DNA from: Balanoglossus misakiensis
Taxonomy: Eukaryota; Animalia; Hemichordata
Assembly: GCA_040954595.2 (NCBI GenBank)
Contig: CM082585.2
Span: 1,488,318 to 1,552,317, forward strand
DNA: 64,000 bases
Reading direction: 5' to 3'
In this document: one piece after another, positions 1-9,266 of the stretch
Numbering within the stretch: position 1 is the stretch's first letter
How the letters are laid out: each line of letters opens with the position of its first letter
Notes under the pieces: model-generated
The model's input: only the letters and a program-made list of their open reading frames with translations
Database searches by the model: none
Told to the model about the DNA's origin: nothing
Program-made: the position numbers and the translations under genes

Positions 1-648
1 AACATTGATAAGTCAATCAAAACTGCTCATCTAACAGTTAACCAGGATTTCTGGTCTAAATTTAATTAATATTTACAATTAATTCCATGACAAAATTTAT
101 AAATATCAAGAATTTGATGAGACTTAATTCTTTATTTTTTCACAAATTCATTAAAATTTCGTGCAGGTGCAGAATAAACAACTCCTCAAGAAAAATGTAA
201 AACTTTTCTATCAAGCTTATGTATGTCATACATTTTAATTTTGCAAAGCACTGCAATCACTATACGATTAAGGGTTTATTCACAATACTTAATAGTGGTA
301 AGATAAGTTTCAATTTCCCTGTCCCCATACATGCACACATATACAAAATCCCATAAGAAACATATCATCTCCAGTTCAAAAAGTGTGAATTCATGTGATT
401 TGTGATCTCCATTTTTATTAAATGCAGCTCTCAACTACAGATGAGTCTTTATAATTCTGTAATGTAATTAATACTATAGTTATCCTTTAATTCTAAAGTA
501 GCACACAGTGACACAATCCACTGTTTCAAATTCAATCATTGTTCACAGCATAAGTTTCTTGAGTTTATTTGATATTTTACCAGTGACAGCTGCTTTTTTT
601 ATGTCATCCATAATTGGGTCAACACATATTTCACAGGCAGTCATTGTT

Positions 649-1620
649 TCATTTTTTTAAATTGCCACACATACAGTAGCCTGCATTCTCATAATATCGA
701 CTGGGAATGTATTTTTCTTTTTCTTTAAGCTCAAATTGACCTACATTTGCATTTCTATAGTTGTCAGCTTTTGGACTGTTGTTCCTCAGCCAAAAAAGCA
801 TCACATATTCGTGTCGAAATATGAGGGCCCACCTATTTTGAGGTGTAGAATTTTCACTGAATTCTAGCAGGCGTAGATGCTTTGCCTCTCTGCCTTCCAT
901 TGTGTTTAGGCCTAATCCCAGACTGAATTGCTTATAGATACTAGTGGTGTGTTTTGGGACTACATAACCAATGTGCCACACAGTATTATTGACATTCAGA
1001 AACAGGGAATGTAGATTAAAGTACCACCGACACTTATGCCTAAGTACAAGCAAATCTCCCTCATTTATGTTGAATCGTGAGAATAACAAAGTGATATCTC
1101 TAAGCAAGATACCAGTATATGTGTAGAGAGCTAATTGAGCCCGACGCTTTGGTCTGTCTGTATCGCTTCTCAATGCTAATACCAATCCTATGAAATGCCA
1201 AGCAAGTTTGCGAGACTCCTCACCAGTGAAGCGATAAACCACATTAATGTTGGCATTTGACTTGACACTATTTTCATTGAAGTATTTTACAATCTTATTA
1301 TACAACTTTCCAGCTTTTACTTGATATTTTAGGGCAGACAGGAATTTGTACAGATATGACTCGTTAGGTAGATTCTCAATTTTAACTCCATTTTCACGAC
1401 CCTTTTCCGAAGTGTGGGCAACTGCGTCAATCAGTAATCGTTGGAAGTAGTATTGCCATGCATTGTTCTTTAAATGCAATGGCTCAGCCTTGGCACAATC
1501 AATAAATCTACCCAACGGTGGTACAAATTCCTGTCTTGACCTCAGACTGGCTATAAATTGTGTGATTTTGGGTCGCACTGTTTTGGGCTTTCCAGTTTTA
1601 ATTTTCTTAGTTGACTTCAA
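649..1620 (-). CDS. RAG1/Transib-like transposase, C-terminal part of the core (catalytic Glu)
   Basis: 323-aa ORF whose frame stays open upstream to about 1725. Contains AEPLHLKNN and TMEGREAKH (Glu at 886-888), then a C-terminal CxC motif. Confidence 0.72.
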   Translation of the reverse strand: MKSTKKIKTGKPKTVRPKITQFIASLRSRQEFVPPLGRFIDCAKAEPLHLKNNAWQYYFQRLLIDAVAHTSEKGRENGVKIENLPNESYLYKFLSALKYQVKAGKLYNKIVKYFNENSVKSNANINVVYRFTGEESRKLAWHFIGLVLALRSDTDRPKRRAQLALYTYTGILLRDITLLFSRFNINEGDLLVLRHKCRWYFNLHSLFLNVNNTVWHIGYVVPKHTTSIYKQFSLGLGLNTMEGREAKHLRLLEFSENSTPQNRWALIFRHEYVMLFWLRNNSPKADNYRNANVGQFELKEKEKYIPSRYYENAGYCMCGNLKK

Positions 1621-2783
1621 CTTTTCAACAGCTTCTGCATCTTTAATTCTTTTCTGATATTTCCATTCATCCCACTTCTGACCTGGGCCAATTTCTGCTC
1701 CAATACAATCAATATCATTTTTGGAACGTTAGCAAATGAGCTGAAATACTTTGCTGCATTGCTTAGTTCTCCAGACACACTGGCCAATCCCTTCTGATCA
1801 AAGGGTAAAAGTGACACCTGAAAAGTTACATCAAGACTGCCAACTTTATATTTACGTTTCTCAATACACTCAAGGTCTTTTGACAATGCAATTGCAAATT
1901 CAATCATTATGGGGTCATCCTCTTTTATGTTTGCCCCTAATAGGAGAAAATTGTGGTCTGGGCTAGCAACACGGTGGGTCACATTCAAGAAACTAACTAG
2001 CCATGCAGTGGCCTGTCCATGTTTGCCAAACGGAGCCCCGTCAGCACCTATACTGATTTGAAATGAGCCCTCCTGTTTACCGAACCAGTTAAGAATATCA
2101 GGCTGTGTTTCCCCCATATTTAAATATAAACTGGCAATCTTAATAAGCAACTCCTCAGGGTTTCTTTTTAAGCCGACTTGTTTGCCTTCAGATGATATAA
2201 TTGGCTCAAGATTTCCAATGTCAAGGTTACTTACATACTGTACAACTTTTGTGTATGGGAGCAGTCTTGGTATTCTACAGCCAGAATGAATTTCTAATGC
2301 TTTCCTAGGATGTTTCAAGTTGGAGAACATCTGAAGTTCACTCTGCCTCAGACAGTTATATTTTCGTTTGGATAGTACTCCGCCCTCATACATAGTTCTG
2401 ACACTCCTCACCAAATTGTTCTCACTTTTCTCAAATTTACTGATGTATTTATCAAATACTGATGGCATTACTTTTTTACTGATTTGGGGAGAGGTTCTGA
2501 AGAATGTTTTCATTTGGTCAGGAGTGGCAGAATTAACAAGAGTATACCACAAACCATCAAGTGCTGCTTTTGGTGGATGTAGTACATTCGGTTTATTTAT
2601 ACCTTTGGCTGGGCTTACATCTGTAGTTGCTACATGAATATTTATGGCTGCTGATAAGGTTTCACACCTACGTTCATACTGTTGACGTCGCGACAGCTTC
2701 AAAGATTCACTATTATCTGCACATACTTCAGTGTTCTTGTGGACCCATTTAGAGCGTTTCACATTAACAACATCAACAGGAAT
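1617..2783 (-). CDS. RAG1/Transib-like transposase, N-terminal part of the core (first two catalytic Asp)
   Basis: 381-aa ORF extended to the splice acceptor at 2783/2784. Asp of GADG is at 2040-2042 and Asp of PFDQK at 1797-1799. The last ~35 codons are out of frame after the frameshift near 1725. Confidence 0.72.
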   Translation of the reverse strand: MPVDVVNVKRSKWVHKNTEVCADNSESLKLSRRQQYERRCETLSAAINIHVATTDVSPAKGINKPNVLHPPKAALDGLWYTLVNSATPDQMKTFFRTSPQISKKVMPSVFDKYISKFEKSENNLVRSVRTMYEGGVLSKRKYNCLRQSELQMFSNLKHPRKALEIHSGCRIPRLLPYTKVVQYVSNLDIGNLEPIISSEGKQVGLKRNPEELLIKIASLYLNMGETQPDILNWFGKQEGSFQISIGADGAPFGKHGQATAWLVSFLNVTHRVASPDHNFLLLGANIKEDDPIMIEFAIALSKDLECIEKRKYKVGSLDVTFQVSLLPFDQKGLASVSGELSNAAKYFSSFANVPKMILIVLEQKLAQVRSGMNGNIRKELKMQKLLKS

Positions 2784-3137
2784 CTGAAAGATTAAGTGTG
2801 TGATAAATATATACTAATTAGAATATAATCATTATATATAAAATAAAATCTTCTTACAAGTTAATCATTAATTTAAATGTCCTTGATAAGAAATACACAC
2901 GTGTAGCCTGTATTTTTCTGACAACTTCTGCAATAAAAATCCTAAAAAAATATACATAGTTTGTTGGAAAACCTAGATGTTTTGCATCAAAGCTGAACCC
3001 ATTTTGTTATCATTGTTTACACAGGATCATGTGACATGAAGTTCAAAAAGCGAATTTGGGCTAAAATTTGAAGAGGATTTATACAAATCTGAGATTTTTA
3101 AAATTATGACTAAGTCTATTTATCTGATCTAGCTTAC

Positions 3138-3597
3138 CTTTCTCTTATTATTCTTTGTAGCTAAGATCTCACAAATCTTACTGTTCTTCTTCTCTAGTCT
3201 AGCTAGCTGGGTTGAGGATCTTTTTACTAGTCTCCTAGCTGCACTCAACTTATTCAACTTATCCTGAATTATGCTTTCTTCCTCATCTCTCTTTCTCTTT
3301 CTCTGTCTACACCACTCTCCTAAGTTAAACCTGTGTTTAGTCTGTCCTCTCTTTGTTCTAACTACCAATAGGTTGTTGGCCACGCTCCCAGACAAAGATC
3401 TAGTCTTCAATTTCTCCTGATATAGTTGTTGTAAACACTTCTCTTCAGCTACCTGTCTCGCTATCTTTTGGTCCTTTGCCCACTGGCCTATGTTGAAGTA
3501 ACTTTTCCCTTTTCTATTCGGCATAACAATAGACAAACTTTTAAGAAGTGCGCTACTCCTGTTGAATAGTTTGCCCCACATGGCTCTAAATCTATAC
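3138..3597 (-). CDS. Upstream exon of the transposase gene (basic, coiled-coil-like N-terminus)
   Basis: Polypyrimidine acceptor tttctcttgttcacccttttcag ends at 3598 and a GTAAGC donor starts at 3137. Candidate ATGs are at 3581 and 3524. The peptide has an internal repeat (FNIGQW / FNLGEW). Confidence 0.55.
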
Positions 3598-4434
3598 CTG
3601 AAAAGGGTGAACAAGAGAAATATCTTTACAATAATTATCTATCCGAGGGAAGCAAAAACAAAACACCTGCTCATTATACTTCCTCCAGAAATTGAGGTCA
3701 AAGGTGACATAGAAAGAATGTGGGTAACCTTACCATAACAATCTCGCCCATTCATTTTTTTCTTATTTCGTTTTCACCCTCGAATTTCCAGCGAATTATA
3801 TCAAGAATATATTTTAGCACAAACTATTGGTTTCTGATTTTTCAGTTACGGTCTTATTTTCTGTCAATTCTATGAACAATATCACCATGTCGCCGAAAAT
3901 TCGAAGCGCCGCCATTACAATCAATGTAACCCGTGCTGCTGCCAAGGAACACACAGGGTCGTATATTTTCGCTTGGTATGATTTCGTCATATTGCTTGTA
4001 GCAGCATTTTAAACATGGAATCCTATGTTTACGTATAAAAGACTAAATTCGTATGGTTTTCAAATTGAAAAAAACAATTCTGTGAAGCTGAATCGTTGTA
4101 ATTTTTAGTGTTTGTTTATGGTTGCTTAGGACGGCTTCTGCTATAGCAACTGCCAGGGACTGTCAGCGGGTGATCAAAATGTTCAAGTTATTTGGCTGAT
4201 ACACATAAATAACACAGCAGAATCGCAACTTTATTTCATATTGTCTCTGACATCTTGCTAATTTTACTAAACAAAACTTGGAATAAAGCAATATTACTCA
4301 CCGAATTATGCTGTGCATCGACAGCTGTGTTCGATCGCGAACGCCATTACTGTGTCTAATTAAATATTCATGAGCTTCATAGGCTGCCACGGAAATACTG
4401 CCCATAGGTGGCGTCGTTCAAGCTGTAGTGACAG

Positions 4435-6060
4435 GTGGTGGTTCCCAGAGTGTATCGTAACCAGGTGATGAGACTAGCCCATGAATCAGTGCTGGGTGGT
4501 CACCACGGAACTCACAAGACCACAGACAAGATCCTCAGCAACTTCGTTTGGCCTGGGCTAACATCAGATGTTTCCCGTTACTGTCAGTCCTGTGATTCAT
4601 GTCAACGGACACAACCAAAGGGACGGGTGACCAAGGTACCACTTGGAAGTATGCCACTAATAGATATCCCTTTCCTACGTATTGCAGTAGACCTGGTTGG
4701 CCCTATTCATCCATGCACTGAACGCAAGAATAGGTACATACTTACTGTTGTTGATTATGCAACACGCTATCCGGAGGCTGTTGCATTGACTAACATTGAT
4801 ACCAAGACTGTTGCAGAGGCGCTCCTGGACATCTACTCAAGAGTGGGGTGTCCACGTGAAATTCTGACAGATCAAGGAACTCAATTTACATCAGATGTGA
4901 TGCGTGAGGTCAGCCGGCTTTTGTCTATAAAGCAGATGACTACCACCCCATACCACCCAGCATTCAATGGTCTAGTGGAACGGTTCAATGGTACATTGAA
5001 ACTCATGCTCAGGAAGATGTGTGAGGAACGTCCAACATATTGGGATCGTTATCTGAATGCTTTACTATTTGCCTACAGAGAAACGCCTCAATCGAGCACA
5101 GGATTCTCTCCGTTTGAGTTACTTTATGGGAGGAGTGTGCGTGGTCCAATGGCTATCTTGAAAGAACTATGGACTGGAGAGATCAGTGAACCAGAAACCA
5201 AAACGACTTATCAATACATCCTTGATCTTCAAAAGAAATTAAAGAAGGCATGCGATTTAGCAAGACAAGAACTGAAGATATCACAAGGCAAATACAAGTC
5301 CTACTACAATAGAAAGGCCAAATGGAGGAAGTTCAACAAAGGTGACGAGGTGTTATTGCTACTACCTACTGACCATAATAAACTACTTATGCACTGGAAG
5401 GGTCCTTTTCCAGTGGTGGAGAAAGCGAGCAATATGGATTACAAGATTGACTTTGGTCATAGGGTGAAAACATTCCATGCCAACCTGTTGAAGAGGTACT
5501 ATCGAAGAACTGATCAGCTAGATGAAGTATCAGCTGGACTTCTTGAGATTGTGTGTGTATCTGTGATAGATGAGCAGAGTTATGAATCTTCAGAAGTACA
5601 AGAGAACACAGGGGTTAAAGTAAACGATGACTTACTGCGGGTTCCTGCATTCAAGCAGAAAGAATTTGCTGCAGATGTGAATGTATGTGACAACTTGTCA
5701 GACATACAGAAGCAAGTGGTGAGGAGGTTGCTGATCAATTACAAAGATATGTTAACTGATATTCGTGGTAACACCAACCTGGGTTTCCATGACATCAAGT
5801 TGATGGATCCAACACCAGTATGCAGTAGGCCATACCCCATCCCTCATGCACTCCGTGAAGCAGTGAAAGATGAAGTCAAAACGATGATTAAGATGGGAGT
5901 AGCTGAACCTTCAGAGAGTCCATATGCTGTTCCACTGGTAATGGTGAAGAAATCTGATGGGTCCAATCGTTGTTGTGTTGACATGAGAAAGCTCAATCGC
6001 ATAACAGTGTTTGATGCAGAGCCTACACCAGACCTGAGTGAGCTTTTTGCTTTTTGCTAA
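4435..6060 (+). CDS. pol: Gypsy (Gmr1-like) integrase plus start of reverse transcriptase, 5'-truncated
   Basis: 541-aa ORF with the integrase zinc finger, rve core and GPF motif, then the RT N-terminus. It ends after a 7-bp duplication (tttttgc x2 at 6044-6057). Confidence 0.88.
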   Translation: MVVPRVYRNQVMRLAHESVLGGHHGTHKTTDKILSNFVWPGLTSDVSRYCQSCDSCQRTQPKGRVTKVPLGSMPLIDIPFLRIAVDLVGPIHPCTERKNRYILTVVDYATRYPEAVALTNIDTKTVAEALLDIYSRVGCPREILTDQGTQFTSDVMREVSRLLSIKQMTTTPYHPAFNGLVERFNGTLKLMLRKMCEERPTYWDRYLNALLFAYRETPQSSTGFSPFELLYGRSVRGPMAILKELWTGEISEPETKTTYQYILDLQKKLKKACDLARQELKISQGKYKSYYNRKAKWRKFNKGDEVLLLLPTDHNKLLMHWKGPFPVVEKASNMDYKIDFGHRVKTFHANLLKRYYRRTDQLDEVSAGLLEIVCVSVIDEQSYESSEVQENTGVKVNDDLLRVPAFKQKEFAADVNVCDNLSDIQKQVVRRLLINYKDMLTDIRGNTNLGFHDIKLMDPTPVCSRPYPIPHALREAVKDEVKTMIKMGVAEPSESPYAVPLVMVKKSDGSNRCCVDMRKLNRITVFDAEPTPDLSELFAFC

Positions 6061-6445
6061 GTTATCCAAGGATCACTATTTCACTAAAGTAGATCTCAGC
6101 AAAGAATATTGGCAAGTCCCGTTGACTGATAATTCTAAACAATTGACGGCATTTATCACGCATGATGGGCTATACCAATTTATCAAAATGCCTTTCGGAC
6201 TTGTAAATAGTGCTGCGACTTTTAGCAGAATTATGAGAAGATTGTTAAGAGATATGAAGAACGTAGACAACTATATCAATCACATACTGATCCACACTGC
6301 ATCATGGGAAGAACATATCAAGACAATTACAGATTTGATGAGCAGACTACGAAAGGCAAAGTTAACAGCGAGACCAACTAAGTGTTATGTGGGTTATGAG
6401 CAGATCGATTTCCTGGGTCATGTGGTTGGTCATGGTGAACTAGTC
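6038..6445 (+). pseudogene. pol: Gypsy reverse transcriptase remnant (frameshifted, YxDD mutated to YINH, 3'-truncated before RNase H)
   Basis: FTKVDLSKEYWQVPL...TAFITHDGLYQFIKMPFGL...NYINHILI...KC..FLGHVVG. Similarity is lost after about 6440. Confidence 0.85.
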
Positions 6446-6549
6446 CTGTTTCAAAATGACCTACATTACAGGTCCTATGCACACGTATTACATGTTCTGA
6501 TTGGTTTATCCACTTCTCTAAGGTCCACTTGCGGCTCGCTGATTGGAGG

Positions 6550-6797
6550 GACCTTATGTGTTAGGTCTTATTACTATGTATTATTCACCAGACCTTGTAG
6601 GTTAGGTCTTATTACAATGCATTATTCACTTTACAGCTCCCTGATTGGTTAATGTGTAGGTCTGGTCCTCCAGTGTTCACTGCCTCATTATGCAGGACCT
6701 TGTAGGTTAGGTCTTATTAATATGTATTTATTCACCATACAGCTCCCTGATTGGTTAACGTGTCAGTCTGGTCCCCCCAGTGTTCACTGCCTCATTG
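6550..6797 (+). repeat. Local direct repeat: two ~106-bp copies plus a partial one
   Basis: gaccttgtaggttaggtcttatta...acagctccctgattggttaa...ccagtgttcactgcctcatt occurs at about 6591-6689 and 6696-6797. A partial gacctt..gttaggtcttatta lies at about 6550. Confidence 0.85.
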
Positions 6798-7134
6798 TGA
6801 AATGTCCCATGTGCTTCCTGGCTAGCGTTGTGGTAACATATTATTCGGGGTGTCCGCAGATCGTTCATTGATTTTCTGAGAAATAGCCTAACTGATACTA
6901 TCTCCAACATAAACAGCACCCTGGAAAGATTAAATGATCTTTTAGGTGGACTTTGAAAATCTGATTAACTCATCTAAGCATTTTAGCTAAGTTGTATATT
7001 TTTTAATTATAATCATACAAAATACTTAAAAAATAAAAACAATGTTCAGTTTTAATACCCACTGATGAGGGGAAACATCAGTTTCAAATTCTTTTCATGG
7101 GAGCGCTTGAGCAGAGTTATGAGTTTTGCTCTGT

Positions 7135-7288
7135 GAAAGAAAATGGGGGGATTTCAAAATTTTGGCAGTTCGGAAGGGGGATTTCAAAATATTTCGGGTT
7201 GTGAAAGGGGGGGGGGGGCATGTGAAAATTAGCGGTAAAAGATGAATTCCCCCCCCCCCCTCCAGAGGTGTTTGTGAATGCAGCCTAA
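7135..7288. repeat. Probable end of a non-autonomous DNA element (G/C runs, repeated gggggatttcaaaat)
   Basis: Two gggggatttcaaaat units and poly-G and poly-C tracts, ending gtgtttgtgaatgcagcctaa. No partner end was identified. Confidence 0.35.
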
Positions 7289-7788
7289 GAAAGAAAAAAT
7301 GTGAAATGGGTCAAATATGGGCCGGACGTGCCCATTCAACTCAATTTACTTTTGTTTGCTTTAAGTAGGAATTGATCACAGCTATATTTATTTTGGACAC
7401 CTGAGCGACAAGAAAACAATCTGATTCTACATTTTAAAAAGCGTCATTGGAAAAGCACTGCAATTTTGTTTCTTGCTTTAAAAAAGTTTGGGGTGGCATG
7501 TAATAATTAAGGTGTGTCTAAATTACTAATTTGGTGCACCTCAAAGCCCTTAGCCAATGTAAATTATATCCTGCATTGTATTCATGAAGGATATCCTCCC
7601 GCGAGGTCAATGCCATTCAATGTCAAACAGTCTCAACAAAGACCATTGGACACTCATAGCCGTTTTGTATGAAAGTGACTGGAGTACGAGATGAGTTTCA
7701 TGACAACAACAAATCATGCTCAGTCTCGCTGCAGGGTCTATAATTTCAATAACGGCTAGACGCTGGACACTATCTTAGGTAACACTTT

Positions 7789-7844
7789 AGGGTCATAGTG
7801 CTGGAACGACATGTTTAAACAGGTCGTTCCGGCACTCTGACCCT
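7789..7844. repeat. 56-bp spacer-less palindrome
   Basis: agggtcatagtgctggaacgacatgttt|aaacaggtcgttccggcactctgaccct; 28-bp arms with 3 mismatches. Confidence 0.9.
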
Positions 7845-8338
7845 TTCGGCCCCAGTCGTTTCAGCCCCCATTTTCCACGACCCAAGTCGTTACAGCCCGG
7901 ACAGTAACACCCCAAACATTTCAACACTTATCAGGGAAGACCTTAGCCCAACTATTAAAACTTGGCTTGAACCTACTTAAGTTCTCCGCATGAAATATGA
8001 GCGAGCGTTGTCAGAGGACGACAGCTACGCACACTTTGGGCATGACCGAATCAAACAGAATTGAATATTCTATATTCGGAAAAAACACCTTATCTCCGTT
8101 TTGCCGTTGACAAACCGATTTCTGTCATGACAGTTACTCCCGGGGACTGTGACAGACCATATACAGACAGTAGAGGCCGCGCGCTGGGGGTCTACACAAG
8201 TCACTACAGCTGATGTAAGCAAGTACAACATGCTTTGCTTGCAGGAATGTTCCATTTTCAATAGAGGGGTGTGTATATTCAGAGGGAATGTCAGTCGGGG
8301 CCCTGGCTGGCAACATGCGGCGTATATATTGACAATCT

Positions 8339-9266
8339 TAGCCGGGAGACCAGGGCGTCGATCTAAAATACAACGCTCGGGGACAGTCGAGCAAGTCCTG
8401 CTGAGCTGAAAGATAGTAGTCTTGGCAACGATCGAGGTCGCTTAGTAACAAATGGATAACGAGTGATCTATCAAATGTTGACGGGCGCCAGTGGTTGGAT
8501 GATATAATTAAAGGCACGTAAGCTGTAACTGGATAAAAAATTAAAGTTTTAAATAATCTCATATATGCTTTTAATTATGTCTATTAAATGCTATTTCATG
8601 ATAATATATCAAGCTCAACACTTATTTATGACAAAATGGCCAAAAATTAAAGAAAAACGAAAATTCCTGCAATTTTAAAAAAAGCGCAATATTGCAATGA
8701 AAAATGAAAATCTGATGTCTCAGTGGTGTACATTTACTTCCATGAGCTCAAGTGGATGAGATCATGTTTTGTTTATGAAGTTTCACAACCGGAAATGCAA
8801 CATTTTCATTGTTTCTTGCATTTTCCCACGGTGGCGGCCATAATCGCTTGCGGCAAAGCTTTATTATTTATCTGGTTAAAACTTGCATATGCACTCATAC
8901 TTAGGGTTTATAATGCTTGTGTATTGTTCACTACCTCCATCTGCATGGACTAATGGTAGTGCAGTTTGAAACAAAAATTATGAAAATTATCCCAAAAGTT
9001 ACACCTTACGTGCCTTTAACAAAGCTTGGTTATGAATATTCATACACTTTCAAAACCACTCCCACATCCCATCGCGGGAATTTCACACATGACTCCACCT
9101 CTATTTCCTTATTTAGAAGGCGACGATGTCATGTGGTTAACATTGAGTGACCAATTAGCTTACACGCAAGATTTACCACACGTGTCGTTCTACGAACAGA
9201 ATTCTGTTCGTAAATAGAGACTGTCCCCGGGCGTTTCTTTTCCCCGACGCCCTGGTCTCCAGGCTA
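8339..9266. mobile_element. Non-autonomous TIR element with TAG..CTA ends and 9-bp TSD (AcademH-like)
   Basis: TIRs tagccgggagaccagggcgtcg / cgacgccctggtctccaggcta match 21/22, with a subterminal inverted aacgcYcggggacagtc. Perfect TSD tgacaatct at 8330-8338 and 9267-9275. Confidence 0.85.
8512..9015. mobile_element. Non-autonomous Kolobok-type element (AG..CT termini, TTAA TSD) nested in the previous element
   Basis: TTAA|aggcacgtaagctgtaact ... agttacaccttacgtgcct|TTAA; 19-bp TIR with 1 mismatch. Confidence 0.85.

Larger units (their letters stand above)
543..3597 (-). pseudogene. RAG1/Transib-like DDE transposase gene (spliced, two 1-bp frameshifts, about 875 aa reconstructed)
   Basis: ORFs 3129-3614, 1617-2762 and 649-1620 can be joined. 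A phase-0 intron at 2784-3137 (AAG|gtaagc...tttcag|ATT) links the first two. A 1-bp deletion near 1725, once repaired, gives FANVSKNDIDCIGAEIGPGQKWDEWKYQKR. An extra A near 655, once removed, gives CMCGNLKNETMTACEICVDP...KLML* with the stop at 543-545. Motifs are colinear with the RAG1 core: LSRRQQYERR, IGADG, NIKEDD, PFDQKGL, EPLHLKN, RFTGEESRKL, GLNTMEGREAKH. Confidence 0.75.
1..4430 (-). mobile_element. DNA transposon carrying the RAG1/Transib-like gene; 5' terminus CACTACAG at 4430, other end probably outside the window
   Basis: The minus strand starts 5'-CACTACAGCTTGAACGACGCCACC exactly where the Gypsy integrase reading frame is cut off. No partner TIR was seen in 1-540. Confidence 0.55.
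4431..6445 (+). mobile_element. Truncated Ty3/Gypsy LTR retrotransposon pol, Gmr1-like domain order (IN before RT)
   Basis: Integrase HHCC (AHE..GH..CDSC), D-D-E (AVDLVGP, LTDQG, GLVERFN) and WKGPF are followed in the same ORF by RT motifs (SPYAVPLVMVKKSDG, DMRKLN, KVDLSKEYWQV, MPFGL, FLGHVV). Confidence 0.92.

Noticed and set aside
504-531. Perfect RSS heptamer CACAGTG just downstream of the RAG1-like stop codon
   Set aside because: No nonamer at 12/23 spacing, no extended complementarity to the 4430 terminus and no matching TSD. A 7-mer is expected by chance.
1463-2637. Plus-strand ORFs 1463-1657, 1751-1966 and 2368-2637
   Set aside because: They are antisense shadows of the transposase gene.
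6446-6652. C-terminal part of ORF 6038-6652 as genuine pol sequence
   Set aside because: It is read-through into unrelated repeat DNA after the truncation, with no RNase H motifs.
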